A DNA stretch of 63,565 bases, the filler included, from Porpidia crustulata (Eukaryota), in NCBI GenBank assembly GCA_964255105.1. It is 6 parts of 6 records of this genome, joined end to end, with 100 filler letters (N's around TTAATTAATTAA, not from the genome) between each part and the next. Parts side by side here need not be neighbours in the genome. Positions count along the whole stretch, not along the records: positions 31,870 to 42,372 come from CAXUWE010000764.1; positions 42,473 to 52,974 come from CAXUWE010000765.1; 4 more parts are not named here. The stretch is one strand, 5' to 3'. Shown here in pieces: positions 37,932-49,955 of the stretch (the stretch's first letter is position 1; each line of letters begins with the position of its first letter). The notes beneath the pieces were generated by a model. That model was not told where the DNA came from. It was given only the letters and a program-made list of their open reading frames with translations, and did not search any database. A program made the translations under genes and the position numbers.

Positions 37932-40900
37932 TGGGTATATATTCGAACAATGTCCGAACAACCACGAGCTGAGTCAATCGGCATGTATGAGACTTTTTAA
38001 TAGAACTGGCGATGATCTATAACTCGAATGGCGATGAAGACTGCGTCCCAAAGATATAGAGAAATACGTAGGTACTTTCTGCAGCGACGGGGGTGCAAGT
38101 GCATTTAGGGACAGAACGGAGCCACAGGAACTAGATCAAAGTAAATAATAATAATTTACTGCCACTTGCGAGTCCAGTGCCATGTAGCGTCAATCTCTGA
38201 TGCGACAAGGGCAGTAGACTGTGAGGTAGTTGGTATGAGCAAGTAGGGCACAGGCATTCGTGGGATTGTGGGTTCAGTCATGGGTATGGTCATGCCCATG
38301 CCGATGCCCATGTTCCACCCACCTAAGGGACTCCAGAGAACACAGCAGTTTGATCGCGTATTGCTCCCGGGGGGGGGGTGTTCAAGGCCTGGATGTTGGC
38401 TTTAGGTCAAACAGCGAAGACAAGGGCGCCACAGTTCGCGACTGGCGGTGCAAGTCAAAGCAGGCTAACTGTGGCCTAGCAGGGATAGGATGCTCGTCGC
38501 TGTCTTTCGGGAATTGGCAAGCATCTTCCCAAAACCCAACCTAAAGGCATGTCCCGTGATAGATTGGCCCAATCAGTCTATCTGCTAAGAGTCCCTGCAG
38601 CTGTATAACGAGGCGCTCCAAGCGTACTACCCTCTGATCGAAGCCCAATCGAGTCTGAATTGCCGGTGGCCGAAGGAGCATACGTAAAGCCTTAAGCCTG
38701 CCTCTATCGATCCCGCAACTCTGAGAGGCTCGACCAGCCCGCTACCGACAGCTTCCTTAAATGATCAGCCACACCTCGAAGCATTCGAAAGGCACAACGC
38801 TGATCACCAATCCAAATAAAGCCTCAGGCCCCTCTCATCCGGGTGATTTGCACTTCCACCTCCCACTCCGTTGGAAGATCAACATGCGGTAAATATGTCA
38901 CGGTGCGCCCGCGGATTTCCCTTTTGATCGTTTGGATCGCAATGTTGTAATTATAGAATGTAGATGAAGCCTAAACAGTCGTGACAGTCCCCTGGGTCTG
39001 AGTACTCTAACCGCCCATGCAAATTCAGTATTTGCATTTGGGACGGGATTCGGTACGCATCCAAGGAGGAAAATTACGGTGGAGTGGATGAAGTCAAGCG
39101 AAATGAGATGGGTCGGGGTGGTGGGAAGCCGTTGCTAATGGTTTTGGCTCATGACCTCCAAATTTGACAGACGTTCCACGGTTCCCGTATGGGGAAGCTT
39201 CCACTCGATGAGCAGTAAAATTGGGCAACAGTAGCAGCGCATCGTGAAACTGCCAATGAAAACCCCAGAAATTGTAAGCATAAGCCGACGAAGCCAATAA
39301 GACATGACATCCAGGCTTGCCCCCGATCATCTGAGATTGCTATCAATTAATTGGTGACACACCATGCCCCATTCCCCCGCTCTCAATCTCGTACGTTGCT
39401 CGGAAACACTTGGCTGGAAGCTTTGATCGTCCAAGAGAAAGGGGGGTTACATATGAGCCACACTCGGTGTCGTCAGCCACCGCTAAATTAGCGGTGGCTT
39501 CACAGTGTAGCACAGCCACGTATAACTGTGGCGAGTGCATCGAAGTACGCGGCAATCGGGAGACTTCGCTGCGAGGCCTGAGCGGTGACAACCAGGGTTC
39601 CGTTTGGTGAAACGAAGATCCCACGGTCTTTGACAAAGGCTAGAAAGGATCGCCGTTGCGCTGGCAGCAATTGCGCGTTCTCGGTTATCATGACGGCGGA
39701 AGCACCAAATCCTTTTAGCATGCATGTGACTTCGATCGGACTTGACTATCCAAACTTTTACATCGTCCGCGAAGCTCGCAGATAGTCCGTGTATACTTGC
39801 TTGCAGAACGATAATCCTCGAACCCAAAGGGTCCAAAGAGAGAACTGAACAAGTGCTTTAACCGTCAACAATCGTGCTAGCTATGATAGTATCTGGAAGC
39901 TTATGAATCTACAGAGTTGAAACAATCGAGAGAAAGGAAAAGTACGCGACATAGATGGTTCAGTTTGTTCATCCATCTACATCGATGTTGATCGAACTAC
40001 TTCCGAGAGCCAAATATATCAAGTAGATTATAATCACAGAGCACAACGCAGAGGCTCAAAACAGGCAGTCCAATTAATAAGTGAAGAGAAAAACTGGTCT
40101 TCTGATCTGAATCTATTGTCATCGTAGGAGACGAACGAAAGTGCAGCGACGTTCCTCCAGAGTAAGCCACAGTCTCATCGCCTCGGAGACTTCCAGTGAG
40201 CTTACGGCGAAGTCTAAGAAGTATGTACACGAGATCATAGGTCGAATAAAAATTAGTGGTGTTCTGTCACTCGGCATCGCGATGTGCAAATGCTGGTGTT
40301 GCGGACAATCGTCTTGGTATCAGACATAAGGAACCCTAATGAGTGTGATATTGTTGTTGAAGCCTCACCATCCGCAGGTTTGCAGAATCTTTGTTAGTCC
40401 TCGAGATAACACAAGTATCTGCGCCGCATTCTGGGGGATAAAAGAGTTCATATTGTCTGGCATCTACTTGTAACGTCAAGTACGTTTGACTGTAGTCTGT
40501 ACCCTAATGTGATTGCCTATCTATATGTAGGGGCATTGATACTACAAATTCCCTGAAGAAGACTAGGTGAAAACGCACCAGAAGCTCCTTGTCGGAAGCA
40601 AGGACTCAGATATGACTGGTCTCGGACCTGGATCGTTCGGGGTTGACTTTGGAATCCAGAACTCACCTACTCCATGAGCCATCCAAAGACCATGGAATGT
40701 TTCATGAATACACGCGAGGGCCTCATAATCAATCTTACTATCAGTGGGCGTTGACAAGCCATGGGTTGTGAAGCACGTTGAGCAGTGGCTGGTAGGAGAA
40801 CCTTGGATTCCTCTCCGCTGTTATCTTATCTTCACGTGATAGTTATACTCTCCGAAACGTCACTTTCGATCAAAGACCCGCCTACGACATCTGCTATGAG

Positions 40901-40977
40901 TGTGTGCGTACTCTGTGTATCCTCAACTAGCATTGTGCCGTACTCTTAGACTTTGTTTATGGTATAGCCTACCTATT

Positions 40978-42372
40978 ATGAACGCATCTTCCGCAGAGTC
41001 CGTCGCCAACAAGCAGGGGGGGGAGCGAGCTTCGCCAGCTCCATCGACTGCAACATCCACTGGCACAACGTCGGCAGATATCCCAACAACCTCTTTACCG
41101 GATTCATATGTAAATGAGAAAGGCAATGATGATAGTTCGAAGTTGAAGACTTTACTCAGTATTCTGCGAAAGTAAGTGGATTCAGGCTGACAAGAATTGA
41201 GAGCAGTTTCACCGGCGGAAGGGCCCCTGTCACAAGCGCGCATGCTTGCAAAGCTCCAGCGCTGACCGTGTACCGGCATAGATTTATAGGTGTGACAGAC
41301 ATTGCCTCTGTCAGGTTCTCTCTGCCTGCCCAGCTCCTCGAACCAACGCCCAATCTTGGTACAATATGGACCTCCTGTCTCTCAAAATGGAGAGCTGTCG
41401 AGAATTTTGCGCTGATTCAATTGATCAGAGTACTGGAATTATTTAGATCGGCCAGAGACGTTCATAAGGTTGGCAAAAGTCTATAGCATGTTGATCACTT
41501 TACTGACTAGATCGTTGAGTGTTGGTGACTCGGACGATGAACTCGGACGCATGCTGGCCGTCCTTCGCTTCTGGTTTACAAAGGATCTAGTCAGTCACGC
41601 TCCAGAAGTGGGGATTAAGAGCCATATAGACTGACACTCGGTCAGAAATACGTCAAAGGCAAGCCTTGCAAGCCATACAATTCCACACTTGGTGAATTCT
41701 TCCGAGTACGCTAGCACTGCCATGATTTGGTGATCAATATATACTGATGGATTGCAGTGTAATTGGGAAGTGGAGGATACTGCACCGCCAATACTTGGCA
41801 ATGCGAAAAAGCAGTCTGCTACAAATGACACGGACACCTCGAACAAACCCGTCAGAGTCTCCTACATTACAGAGCAGACCTCGCATCATCCTCCTGTCTC
41901 AGCCTTTTACGTCGACTGTCCCGTCAAGGGCATCACGGCCCGAGGATTCGATCAATTGAGCGCCAAATTTACAGGCACAAGCATCCGTGTAACACCAGGC
42001 GCTCACAATCTGGGAATATTTATAAATCTCTCAAATCGAGACAATGAGGAATACCAGCTCACACACCCAGCAGCACACCTGGGTGGATTGATCCGGGGTT
42101 CGCTATCTGTCACCGTCGCAGACACTTGCTCCATCACATGCCCCAAGACGCGAATAAAGGCAATACTACACTACCTCGAGGAAGGCTGGCTAGGAAAGAC
42201 CCAAAACAGAGTCCTCGGCGTCATATACCGCTACGATCCCGACAGCGACAACCGAACCCGAATAAAAGACGTGCCTGAGAAAGATGTGCTCGCAAGACTG
42301 GACGGCGGCTGGCAAGACCAAGTCCAATACACCCTCACAACCTCAAAAGTAACGCTCCCGCCTCCCCTCCCC
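40978..42372 (+). CDS. Oxysterol-binding protein (short ORD-only Osh type), truncated by contig end
   Basis: FSLPAQLLEP, KPYNSTLGEFF, signature EQTSHHPPVSAFY, QLSAKFTG. Confidence 0.93.
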
Positions 42373-42472
42373 NNNNNNNNNNNNNNNNNNNNNNNNNNNN
42401 NNNNNNNNNNNNNNNNTTAATTAATTAANNNNNNNNNNNNNNNNNNNNNNNNNNNNNNNNNNNNNNNNNNNN
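42373..42472. other. Artificial contig linker
   Basis: N block with TTAATTAATTAA core. Confidence 0.99.
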
Positions 42473-42810
42473 GGGTTTTGACTGAGATCGGGTGAGGTCT
42501 TTAGGCAGGTTGGAGGGTTGTTGGGTTAATTATGCAAATAGGGGGGGTGATTAAGGTAGACGAATTAACATGGAAATTTAAATGCAGACGCTGAGGGTAG
42601 TACTGTTATTTTTGAATACATGGAATCTTGCCCTTTGAACTGCACCAAGTTGAAGAACCTGTCCGGGTCTGATAAATTTGCCGCTCTGATGGCGTGAGAT
42701 CTCGTTGATGTTTAGTAATGTCGATGCTGATCAATTTTGCACCCTGGTTCATGAGATCCCGATTTGTGCTGTTCTGATTCATACTCACAACATTCACGTT
42801 CGCTACTCCT

Positions 42811-43663
42811 TCACGATTTCTTTCTCGACATCGCGTCCATCTTCTCCTCCAGACTCGACACGTATGCGTGAATCTTCTGCACCGCCGCTTGTAGAGCCTG
42901 TCTCATTAGTGTCCATCAGCCTTTTGCTTTGTCAGGACGCGCTTGTGTAATATGCTGGGTGTATAGGAAATCTCTGGATTGCTCTATTGAATGAGAATGC
43001 TTTTTCGAAATCTTTGTTGACAGGCGCGTCCTCCACTGTTTTAAGAGTCTATGTGGGAAAATCTAATGCATCTATAATGCCGCTGATTATGCAATACAGA
43101 TAGATCCCTAGGGCAAAAAGAAACCATATGCACCGCAGAATCCGCCCGTGAAGCTTCGTGGCCTCATCAACCATTCGGGCATCTATATCGTCATCGATAA
43201 CCATGTGATATGCTGAACCTCCGCAGAAATGCATCCGATAATGCGCGCTCAAGCGACATGATATACACGGAACACTCTAGATGCAGACACGTTCGTAGAG
43301 ATCACGTACGTAAATGTCCTCCGTCAACAGCTCGTTGGACACTTTGTACTCCTCGAGAATGTAGTAGTAGGTACCGGCGCTGGCGAGAGTGGAGCCGAGG
43401 AGAAAGCCGAAGATTCTGTTCAAGGAGCACAATATGTCAGTCAGGATTCATTCGTGGCAAGAAAAGTATTGTAAGGTGATGAGGTGCTTGGCTTACCCTC
43501 CCCTGAATGCGCCAACGGGTTTCCGTAGTGGCATGGTGGCGGTCGATGTATCTTCCATTATTCTCGATGACTGGAAGTTTCGGGTGGCAGTAGTTCGGAG
43601 AGGAGATGCAATGGTGGGTTTGGAGAGGATGCGCAGCGAAGGGGCGAGTAATCTGGAGGCCAT
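42811..43663 (-). CDS. Small (119 aa) putative mitochondrial single-pass membrane protein; exons 43497-43663, 43310-43415, 42811-42897; absent from the ORF track
   Basis: Spliced translation: MASRLLAPSLRILSKPTIASPLRTTATRNFQSSR (presequence-like) ...RKPVGAFRGGIFGFLLGSTLASAGTYYYILEEYKVSNELLTEDIYALQAAVQKIHAYVSSLEEKMDAMSRKKS*. Canonical splice sites and branch points. Confidence 0.88.
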
Positions 43664-44143
43664 CGCGTTGAAATATCTTGGGTGGTAGTAGATTGCAGAG
43701 ATAATTTATGAAGTATGAAGGTGGAAAAGCCTTGTTCTAACTCTGGCGAAAAAAAGAGCGTTTTGGTGATAGGTGATGCACGAGGAACGGTGAAGTGGAA
43801 GTATTACGGTGGTGACAAACCTCGGATCTGGAGGAGTGAAAGCGAAAGGAGGCGCGGAGGCGTTCCTCGAGCTAAGCCTCATCGGGAAGTTGTACTACGG
43901 GGAAACACTAAGTCTTTTTGGGATATATAATAATGTACCGTCATCACGCAGAAACCAAGTGATTGGTTGCACCTTTCCAACCCATCAAAATATATTATTG
44001 CAGCATGCCAGGTCATAACAATACCATTCTACAAATATCTCCAGAACGTATCCTAGCATAAGCTGGGAATGCCCTTAAACCCTAATCCAACTCTAGGCCT
44101 CTAGTATTCTTAACCTGATTCCGGGTGGAACAGGGCAACTCTT

Positions 44144-44566
44144 TCACCATTGATCATGGTTCAACGGCCTCTGGGCAACCCATTCCCAAAGAGCGCCGAA
44201 ATGCCTCACATGCTCGCCTTGATAAGTCCTCCAATAACATTCGATTTCGCTCAGATAGTTTGGGCGGGTGGTCTCCCGGGGCATATCCTCGACAAATCTC
44301 CCGACTTTGCCAGAAGCAATGATGACCTCAACTCCATCGCCCTCATTTCCGCGTTTCCAGTTACCGGTCTCGAAATATTGCTTATGCCACATCTTGAACC
44401 ACTCTTGGTAGAGCTTTCGAAGGTTTCTCTTGTACTCGATAGCAGCTAATCGTCTGAAGTCGAGATTGTACGGCTCGTGTAAGGTGTTGTTGTGGACTTC
44501 AATGTTGGCCGTGTCTCTGTCATCGTGAACGGCAGGCAGGCTCCGACTGGTTGCGCCAGTAGACAT
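44144..44566 (-). CDS. Hypothetical 140-aa protein, single exon
   Basis: ATG-initiated ORF with protein-like, aromatic-rich composition and an AT-rich upstream region; no recognised motif. Confidence 0.45.
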   Translation of the reverse strand: MSTGATSRSLPAVHDDRDTANIEVHNNTLHEPYNLDFRRLAAIEYKRNLRKLYQEWFKMWHKQYFETGNWKRGNEGDGVEVIIASGKVGRFVEDMPRETTRPNYLSEIECYWRTYQGEHVRHFGALWEWVAQRPLNHDQW

Positions 44567-45147
44567 GTTTCGGTAGGTTGTACTGAGTTTGTTCCTTACG
44601 ATTTGTTCTATTAGAGCTTCCTCGAAGTAATCGAGGCTTAAGAGCTAGAAAGTAGCAGAATCATATAACGAAAATATTATAAACTACTGAAGATGTTCTA
44701 GATAAAGAGAAGGAAAAGTTGGAGGAATTGAAGGCTAATATACAGTCTGTAAAATTTCACGTGTTCTATTAGAACCAGAAAAAGCTCAAAATAGGAATAG
44801 TTCAGATCCGTATGCTCGAAAGCATATGACTGCGAGTCAGTACGGTCGGCATGAAAGAAGCACGAGTCGATGATTTGAAGCTGGGCCTATAGAGGGTCTT
44901 TGCCGGAAAATGGGTTTAGAAGCACTCCGTCAACCACCAGTATGAGAGGTTTGAGCAGACGAACGGAGTCGTTCAAAATCTTGATTATTGCTGATGGCCT
45001 TGCTGTTGAAACAAAGATTGCTCTTTATATATCTCTAAATGTATCTAGCTCAAGTCGCCACCGTATGTATATGTCGATCAAGTTCTTGACAATCAAGAAG
45101 TAAACAAGCATTCTAAGACAACATAAAGTTGTAGACACGAAACTTGA

Positions 45148-46257
45148 TCATGCGTCGGCAGCAGGTTTATACATTTCAACGAAAAGATTACTGTTCTCGC
45201 CTATTGAAGTATCGTGAGTCTCGGAATCTTTTGGCGGATTCGATGACTTACCCATGCGGCTTTGACTCCCACGACGTCCTGTGGTAACGCATAGCGCAGT
45301 AATATCTACAGCGGTGGCCCAAATCCTGTACCAGGCAGTGATGTCTGACCGACCAGTGGTCTCAACGTTGAGGACGCAATTCCCATCCGCTGAGAATTTA
45401 GCTGTCAGCACTTTGTATTGGAGGTTACTTCTATTATGGTCCTACCTGACTTCAATCTATAAGGCAACTTTACTTGGACACCCGGAATACGGGCGTCGCC
45501 GAATACTTGCTTGGTTTTTGTAGCAGGCATCGAATTCAAAAGTGTTTTACAAGAGTTCAGAAGTGGACCGTTCGGCCCATCGCATCTAGCCTTTGGGTCA
45601 TGAGCTACTACCACCATGGAGAGAATACTGTCTTGTCCTTCAAGATGTCAACGTTTTGTCAAAGTGCACCACTCTAACGATTTTCACTACAACTCACCTA
45701 CACCCCACACGATCCCACCAGTGGAAGGTTCCGTCTCGATGCATTTCTTGATTAATACGTCCGCTGCACGGCTGAGATCCGATGTTGTAGCATAAGCCCA
45801 ATTATACGGGTCCTTGATTATCATCTCGATGAAGCATAAACCGTCGGCTGCCACTTGAGTCAATCATACACCTTCGACGAAGGGGATTTCCGAACCTAGG
45901 AAGTTATAACTCACTACTCAAAACTCTGAAGGGCAGCGGCACATCAGGGTTTCTGATACCACGCTCCCCAAAAGCCAGCTGTCTCTCTGACTGAGGAATT
46001 TGATGGAAGGCGCTGAGACAGCTTTGAAGACGCATCGGGTGTCCAAGAGCTCTATTGCATGTGATTCTCATGTTATTACTCAGCGAATAACTAAATGCAG
46101 GGGATGACGAGTTGGACAATGTGAACGCGGCCATAGGGTTGGGAGATAGCATTGTGTCAACAAATTGATCATCCGTACTTTGAGGAAGTTGCAGCACCGA
46201 GGACACAGCAACAGACACTAAGATGAAAGATATAACTCTGGATGATATGGAAAACAT
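45148..46257 (-). CDS. Secreted Cys-rich protein with two tandem homologous domains, five exons
   Basis: Signal peptide MFSISSRVISFILVSVAVSS. Repeat 1: C..SC..LPFRVLS|TDGLC..KKC..GGIVWGVG. Repeat 2: C..SC..LPYRLKS|ADGNC..ALC..GSQSRMG. Confidence 0.82.
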
Positions 46258-47485
46258 GTTTGAGAACGCTAAGAAGAATAAATCAGTCCCATACCACGCA
46301 TTCCTGCTCAGAGAACCAAGCTCGACGATTTCAAATGCGGAAGCGTCTATTTATGATGCCCCATTCAAGGATTTTCGCACATTAGATAGGGATCATCAAT
46401 CTGAGAAAGTTGTCAAAGCATAAATGTTTGCTCTTAAGCGCTCTGACAGTATTGCTTCGGGTGTCGTACAAGAAATCTGTGGCTAGTACGCGAAACTGCC
46501 CGCGCATAACGTGACGCAAGATTTCCAATATAGATATCCGATCCGTCTCGTTTGAATCATCAAAAAATCTTGATCAAAGAGTGATCCTCTGCTCTGATAC
46601 TGGGTTCAAGAAAGCCTCGTGTTCGTTGACTAGAAAGAGCAGCTTATGGCATGCAATAACGATCTCCTACGGTCGCACTTGCAAACATCCTGTATTCCTG
46701 CGGCCCTAGGGGCTACTAATCAAACGTTCCAATCTATTACTGCAGGATGACAGCAAATTTTATGGTAGCTCTATTAGAGATGTCGCCAAATGGACCATAT
46801 TCTTGCTTGATACTCCACAGTTTGAGCGTCTTTATTTCACAATAGCATCTCTTACGAATAACATGTATTTTTCGAACGCTCATTCTGATGTCAGAACCCA
46901 TAAGAGAATTGCAAGTCTTAGCATTGAGTGCGAGGTTGCCAGCATGGTGGAACAGATTGAGAATGAGATTTTCGAAACTAGGACCAGGTGAGGTTTCGAG
47001 TATCTTCCGTTGAGATTAAGGGAGGGTCACTCCTGGCCCGAATCACAAATCAGGGTCCATATCTTGTCTGAGAAAGCCACATCCGCGCATATATCACAGT
47101 GCGCGCAGGTGGAGGACGGTTACCTATCTTCTTTGACCATGCCGTATATCAAAGCTATGCTCTGAGCCCACATAGGTAGCCCAAAGCGCAACATTGACGC
47201 GGATACAGTCCTATCGTACATACTTAGCTACATGGCGCGTGGCTACGTGGCTTACCTCTGCCCTCGGCGCGTCCCTCGTTCGGACCCTAGTCTCGCCAAC
47301 GATTAGCTGCCTCGGTTCGGCTAGACAACGCGTCGTCCGAGGATTCTTTAGATCTGGCATGCTGCGTGGGTGAATTAATTCCCCTACTCATACCCCTGAA
47401 ATGTAATAAACACTCATCTGTGCTATGAGCCATACAACTTGATATCGCCATCATCCAGCACCAAGCTGAACACATTTCCGACATC

Positions 47486-49030
47486 ATGGACGATTTGACC
47501 ATCACTCCGTCTTCAATGATGGACACCAATGCATCCACTTCCCCCTCGCTCACCCGGGAATCTTCGCCGTCGCCATCCGTATCACCGACTCCAGCATTAT
47601 CAGCATGTCCCCCTCTAGATCGATCGTTCTCTGCTGCTTCATCGACAGTGTCATCCTACTCGAAACAATCGGTAACGTCTCGCTCATCGTCGGCATCGAC
47701 TGCCTTACGGCAGCGTGGATACGTTCGCCCTCAAGGGGTTACCTTCGCACCATCGGCTGGTAATAGGGACAGTGTGCTAAGTCTGGGTAGTATCGCTCAC
47801 CTACAGTACTACTTTGCGCGTACGGGATTATTAGATGGTAAAGGGGGTCAGCTGGCGAAGGAACAAGACCAGAAAATCAAGCCACGGATCGTTGAAGAGC
47901 CTGGCAGCATTCCCCCAGAAGATTTTTCAAGCCCGAGTACCATCGATGGCAATGACGCCTCTGAGAGTTCCGTGGGTGAAGATGATACTGGCCATGAATG
48001 GGAGGATTCCATGATGCTACCGCCAACAGTGAGCACCTATAGCCACAGAAATCATTTCATACCGCCGCCACCAGACTCACAAATGCTAAGGCATGATCTA
48101 AAGCTAGCACTACTTGATGCAAAACAAGCCTTGCAAGAAGTGGAAGACCATGACACCGAAATACTCGACCGACAAAAGGACCTCGAAGGCCATCTAAATG
48201 CCAAGGATGAGCGGATGCAAATACTTCCTTCACCGTCTACTGAAACACAGGGTTGGTATGAGATTCAGGGTCTTCATGTCCTTGATGTTGTAACGTTGGC
48301 AATACGTGCTGCTAAAATTTACTACACCACACATGAGCATCCTCAACGGCTCTATGGTATCAAGTCAGAACGTCAAATTCGGGAAGAGCTTCTGGGGGTG
48401 ATGGATGTCCTGAAACGTATGGCCGGACGCAACTTTGCCGGTGGTGTCAAATCAGAAGAATTGAAGGTTATACAACACTGGGTTCAAAGTATAGAAAAGT
48501 TCATCGCAGATGAAAAGCTATCAGAGCGTCAGGAGGCCAAGAATCGCGAGCAGTGGAAGTGGCTTGAAGGCTCCTGGGATAATCGAGAACGTGAGCGAGA
48601 ATGGTTATTCATGTGCTCCTTTCTTCAGGAAGGCACTTTGCCGGAATGGACAGCTATCGACAGTGTGGAGCCATCCGTAACGCCTTTCCTCGACGTTTTG
48701 CGCAACGGTCTGTTTCTAGTGCACCTGCACAACGCTGTCCTGAAGAAGTCTAAGAGGCAGTTCGGCGAGATCAAATCCTTTCATAAAGACACAGCTAAGC
48801 CTTACCGTTGCGCCGAAAATCTTCGGTACTGGATTAAAGAATCAGAAATTAGATGGGAGGTTAAGCTCAAGGTCGATGTCACTGGAGTTGTTCACGGAAA
48901 GAATGAAGCTTGGCCTGCCTTTGATGCTGCTATCTTGCATTGGTGCCAGGCCGCAAGAGGAGAGCTGATGAAGGAATGGAATGAGGATTCAGTCCGTATG
49001 CCTCCGCAGAGCATATATCACGGCGATTAA
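47486..49030 (+). CDS. Conserved fungal protein with a C-terminal calponin-homology-like domain
   Basis: 514-aa single ORF; SVLSLGSIAHLQYYFARTGLLDGKG block; FLDVLRNGLFLVHLHNAVL..HKDTAKPYRCAENLRYWIK resembles a CH domain. Confidence 0.85.
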   Translation: MDDLTITPSSMMDTNASTSPSLTRESSPSPSVSPTPALSACPPLDRSFSAASSTVSSYSKQSVTSRSSSASTALRQRGYVRPQGVTFAPSAGNRDSVLSLGSIAHLQYYFARTGLLDGKGGQLAKEQDQKIKPRIVEEPGSIPPEDFSSPSTIDGNDASESSVGEDDTGHEWEDSMMLPPTVSTYSHRNHFIPPPPDSQMLRHDLKLALLDAKQALQEVEDHDTEILDRQKDLEGHLNAKDERMQILPSPSTETQGWYEIQGLHVLDVVTLAIRAAKIYYTTHEHPQRLYGIKSERQIREELLGVMDVLKRMAGRNFAGGVKSEELKVIQHWVQSIEKFIADEKLSERQEAKNREQWKWLEGSWDNREREREWLFMCSFLQEGTLPEWTAIDSVEPSVTPFLDVLRNGLFLVHLHNAVLKKSKRQFGEIKSFHKDTAKPYRCAENLRYWIKESEIRWEVKLKVDVTGVVHGKNEAWPAFDAAILHWCQAARGELMKEWNEDSVRMPPQSIYHGD

Positions 49031-49632
49031 TAATAGCCTGGTCGATCCAGTTGACTGGCTCGGACATTTACGAAGACTATGACAGTATCGGATTTGGAAG
49101 CGATGGAGTGATTTGTATCTTTCAGATTATACCCCTGGCCCGCGAGGCAGTTGTACTACTGGGATATGCTTTTGATGTTTCGGTTTTTGCCCGGCTAGAG
49201 AGCCAGACTACCCTGCCTGGAGTTTTAGCTATACCATGAATCGTTCAACCAAGTCCGACAGTGTGATGCACAGACTAGGTACCACACAAACTGAAATCGA
49301 TTTGACTCATCCAATGCTTTGAAATTCAATATCTCGACAAATGCCGTACTTGTCCATGAATGGTACTCTAAGCGAGATGACAACAACGGATAGTCCCTCC
49401 TGAAACAGCAATAAACCGACGCTACGCCCTACGCCCTATAGCTGTCAATACCTAACCTTTTATTATTGTGTTGTAGGGTAAGACAAAGCGCTTCGAAAGG
49501 ATTATTCCCCCGCGACTATACAGCAAGTACTGCAGCAGATGCAGTACTATTGTCACCTCCTACCTAGCCACAAACCCCTCCCTAGCTGCTAGTCCACTCC
49601 TCATAGAGCAAATGATGTAGTAATCGAGATCA

Positions 49633-49650
49633 ACGCGTGGAGTTTCGCGT
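49633..49650. promoter_or_regulatory. MCB (ACGCGT) and ACGCGAAA G1/S-type elements upstream of KAR9
   Basis: ACGCGT at 49633-49638 and TTTCGCGT at 49643-49650, about 310 bp before the ATG. Confidence 0.35.
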
Positions 49651-49955
49651 TTGTACGAAATTTCTAGGAGGTTCTTGAATGTAGACAACACCCTTGAGCC
49701 TGTTTAGCTACAAACTAACGCCAAAACAGAGGGATTGTCGAGCATACCAAGAAGCAGACTGTCAAAGCAATGGCTCGAGATTTGTGATTGAGGAGGACCA
49801 GCACCACGTCATTTTCACTCATCCTTCAGCAGCACAGAGTGATAGCGATTAAGTCCTGTGCAAGACCCATTCAAACACTCTTTCTCTACCCACATAGCAC
49901 CTCTGAAGACAACATCTAGCCCTCGAGCCTCTGGTAGGGAGAAAAGGCTTGGTTC

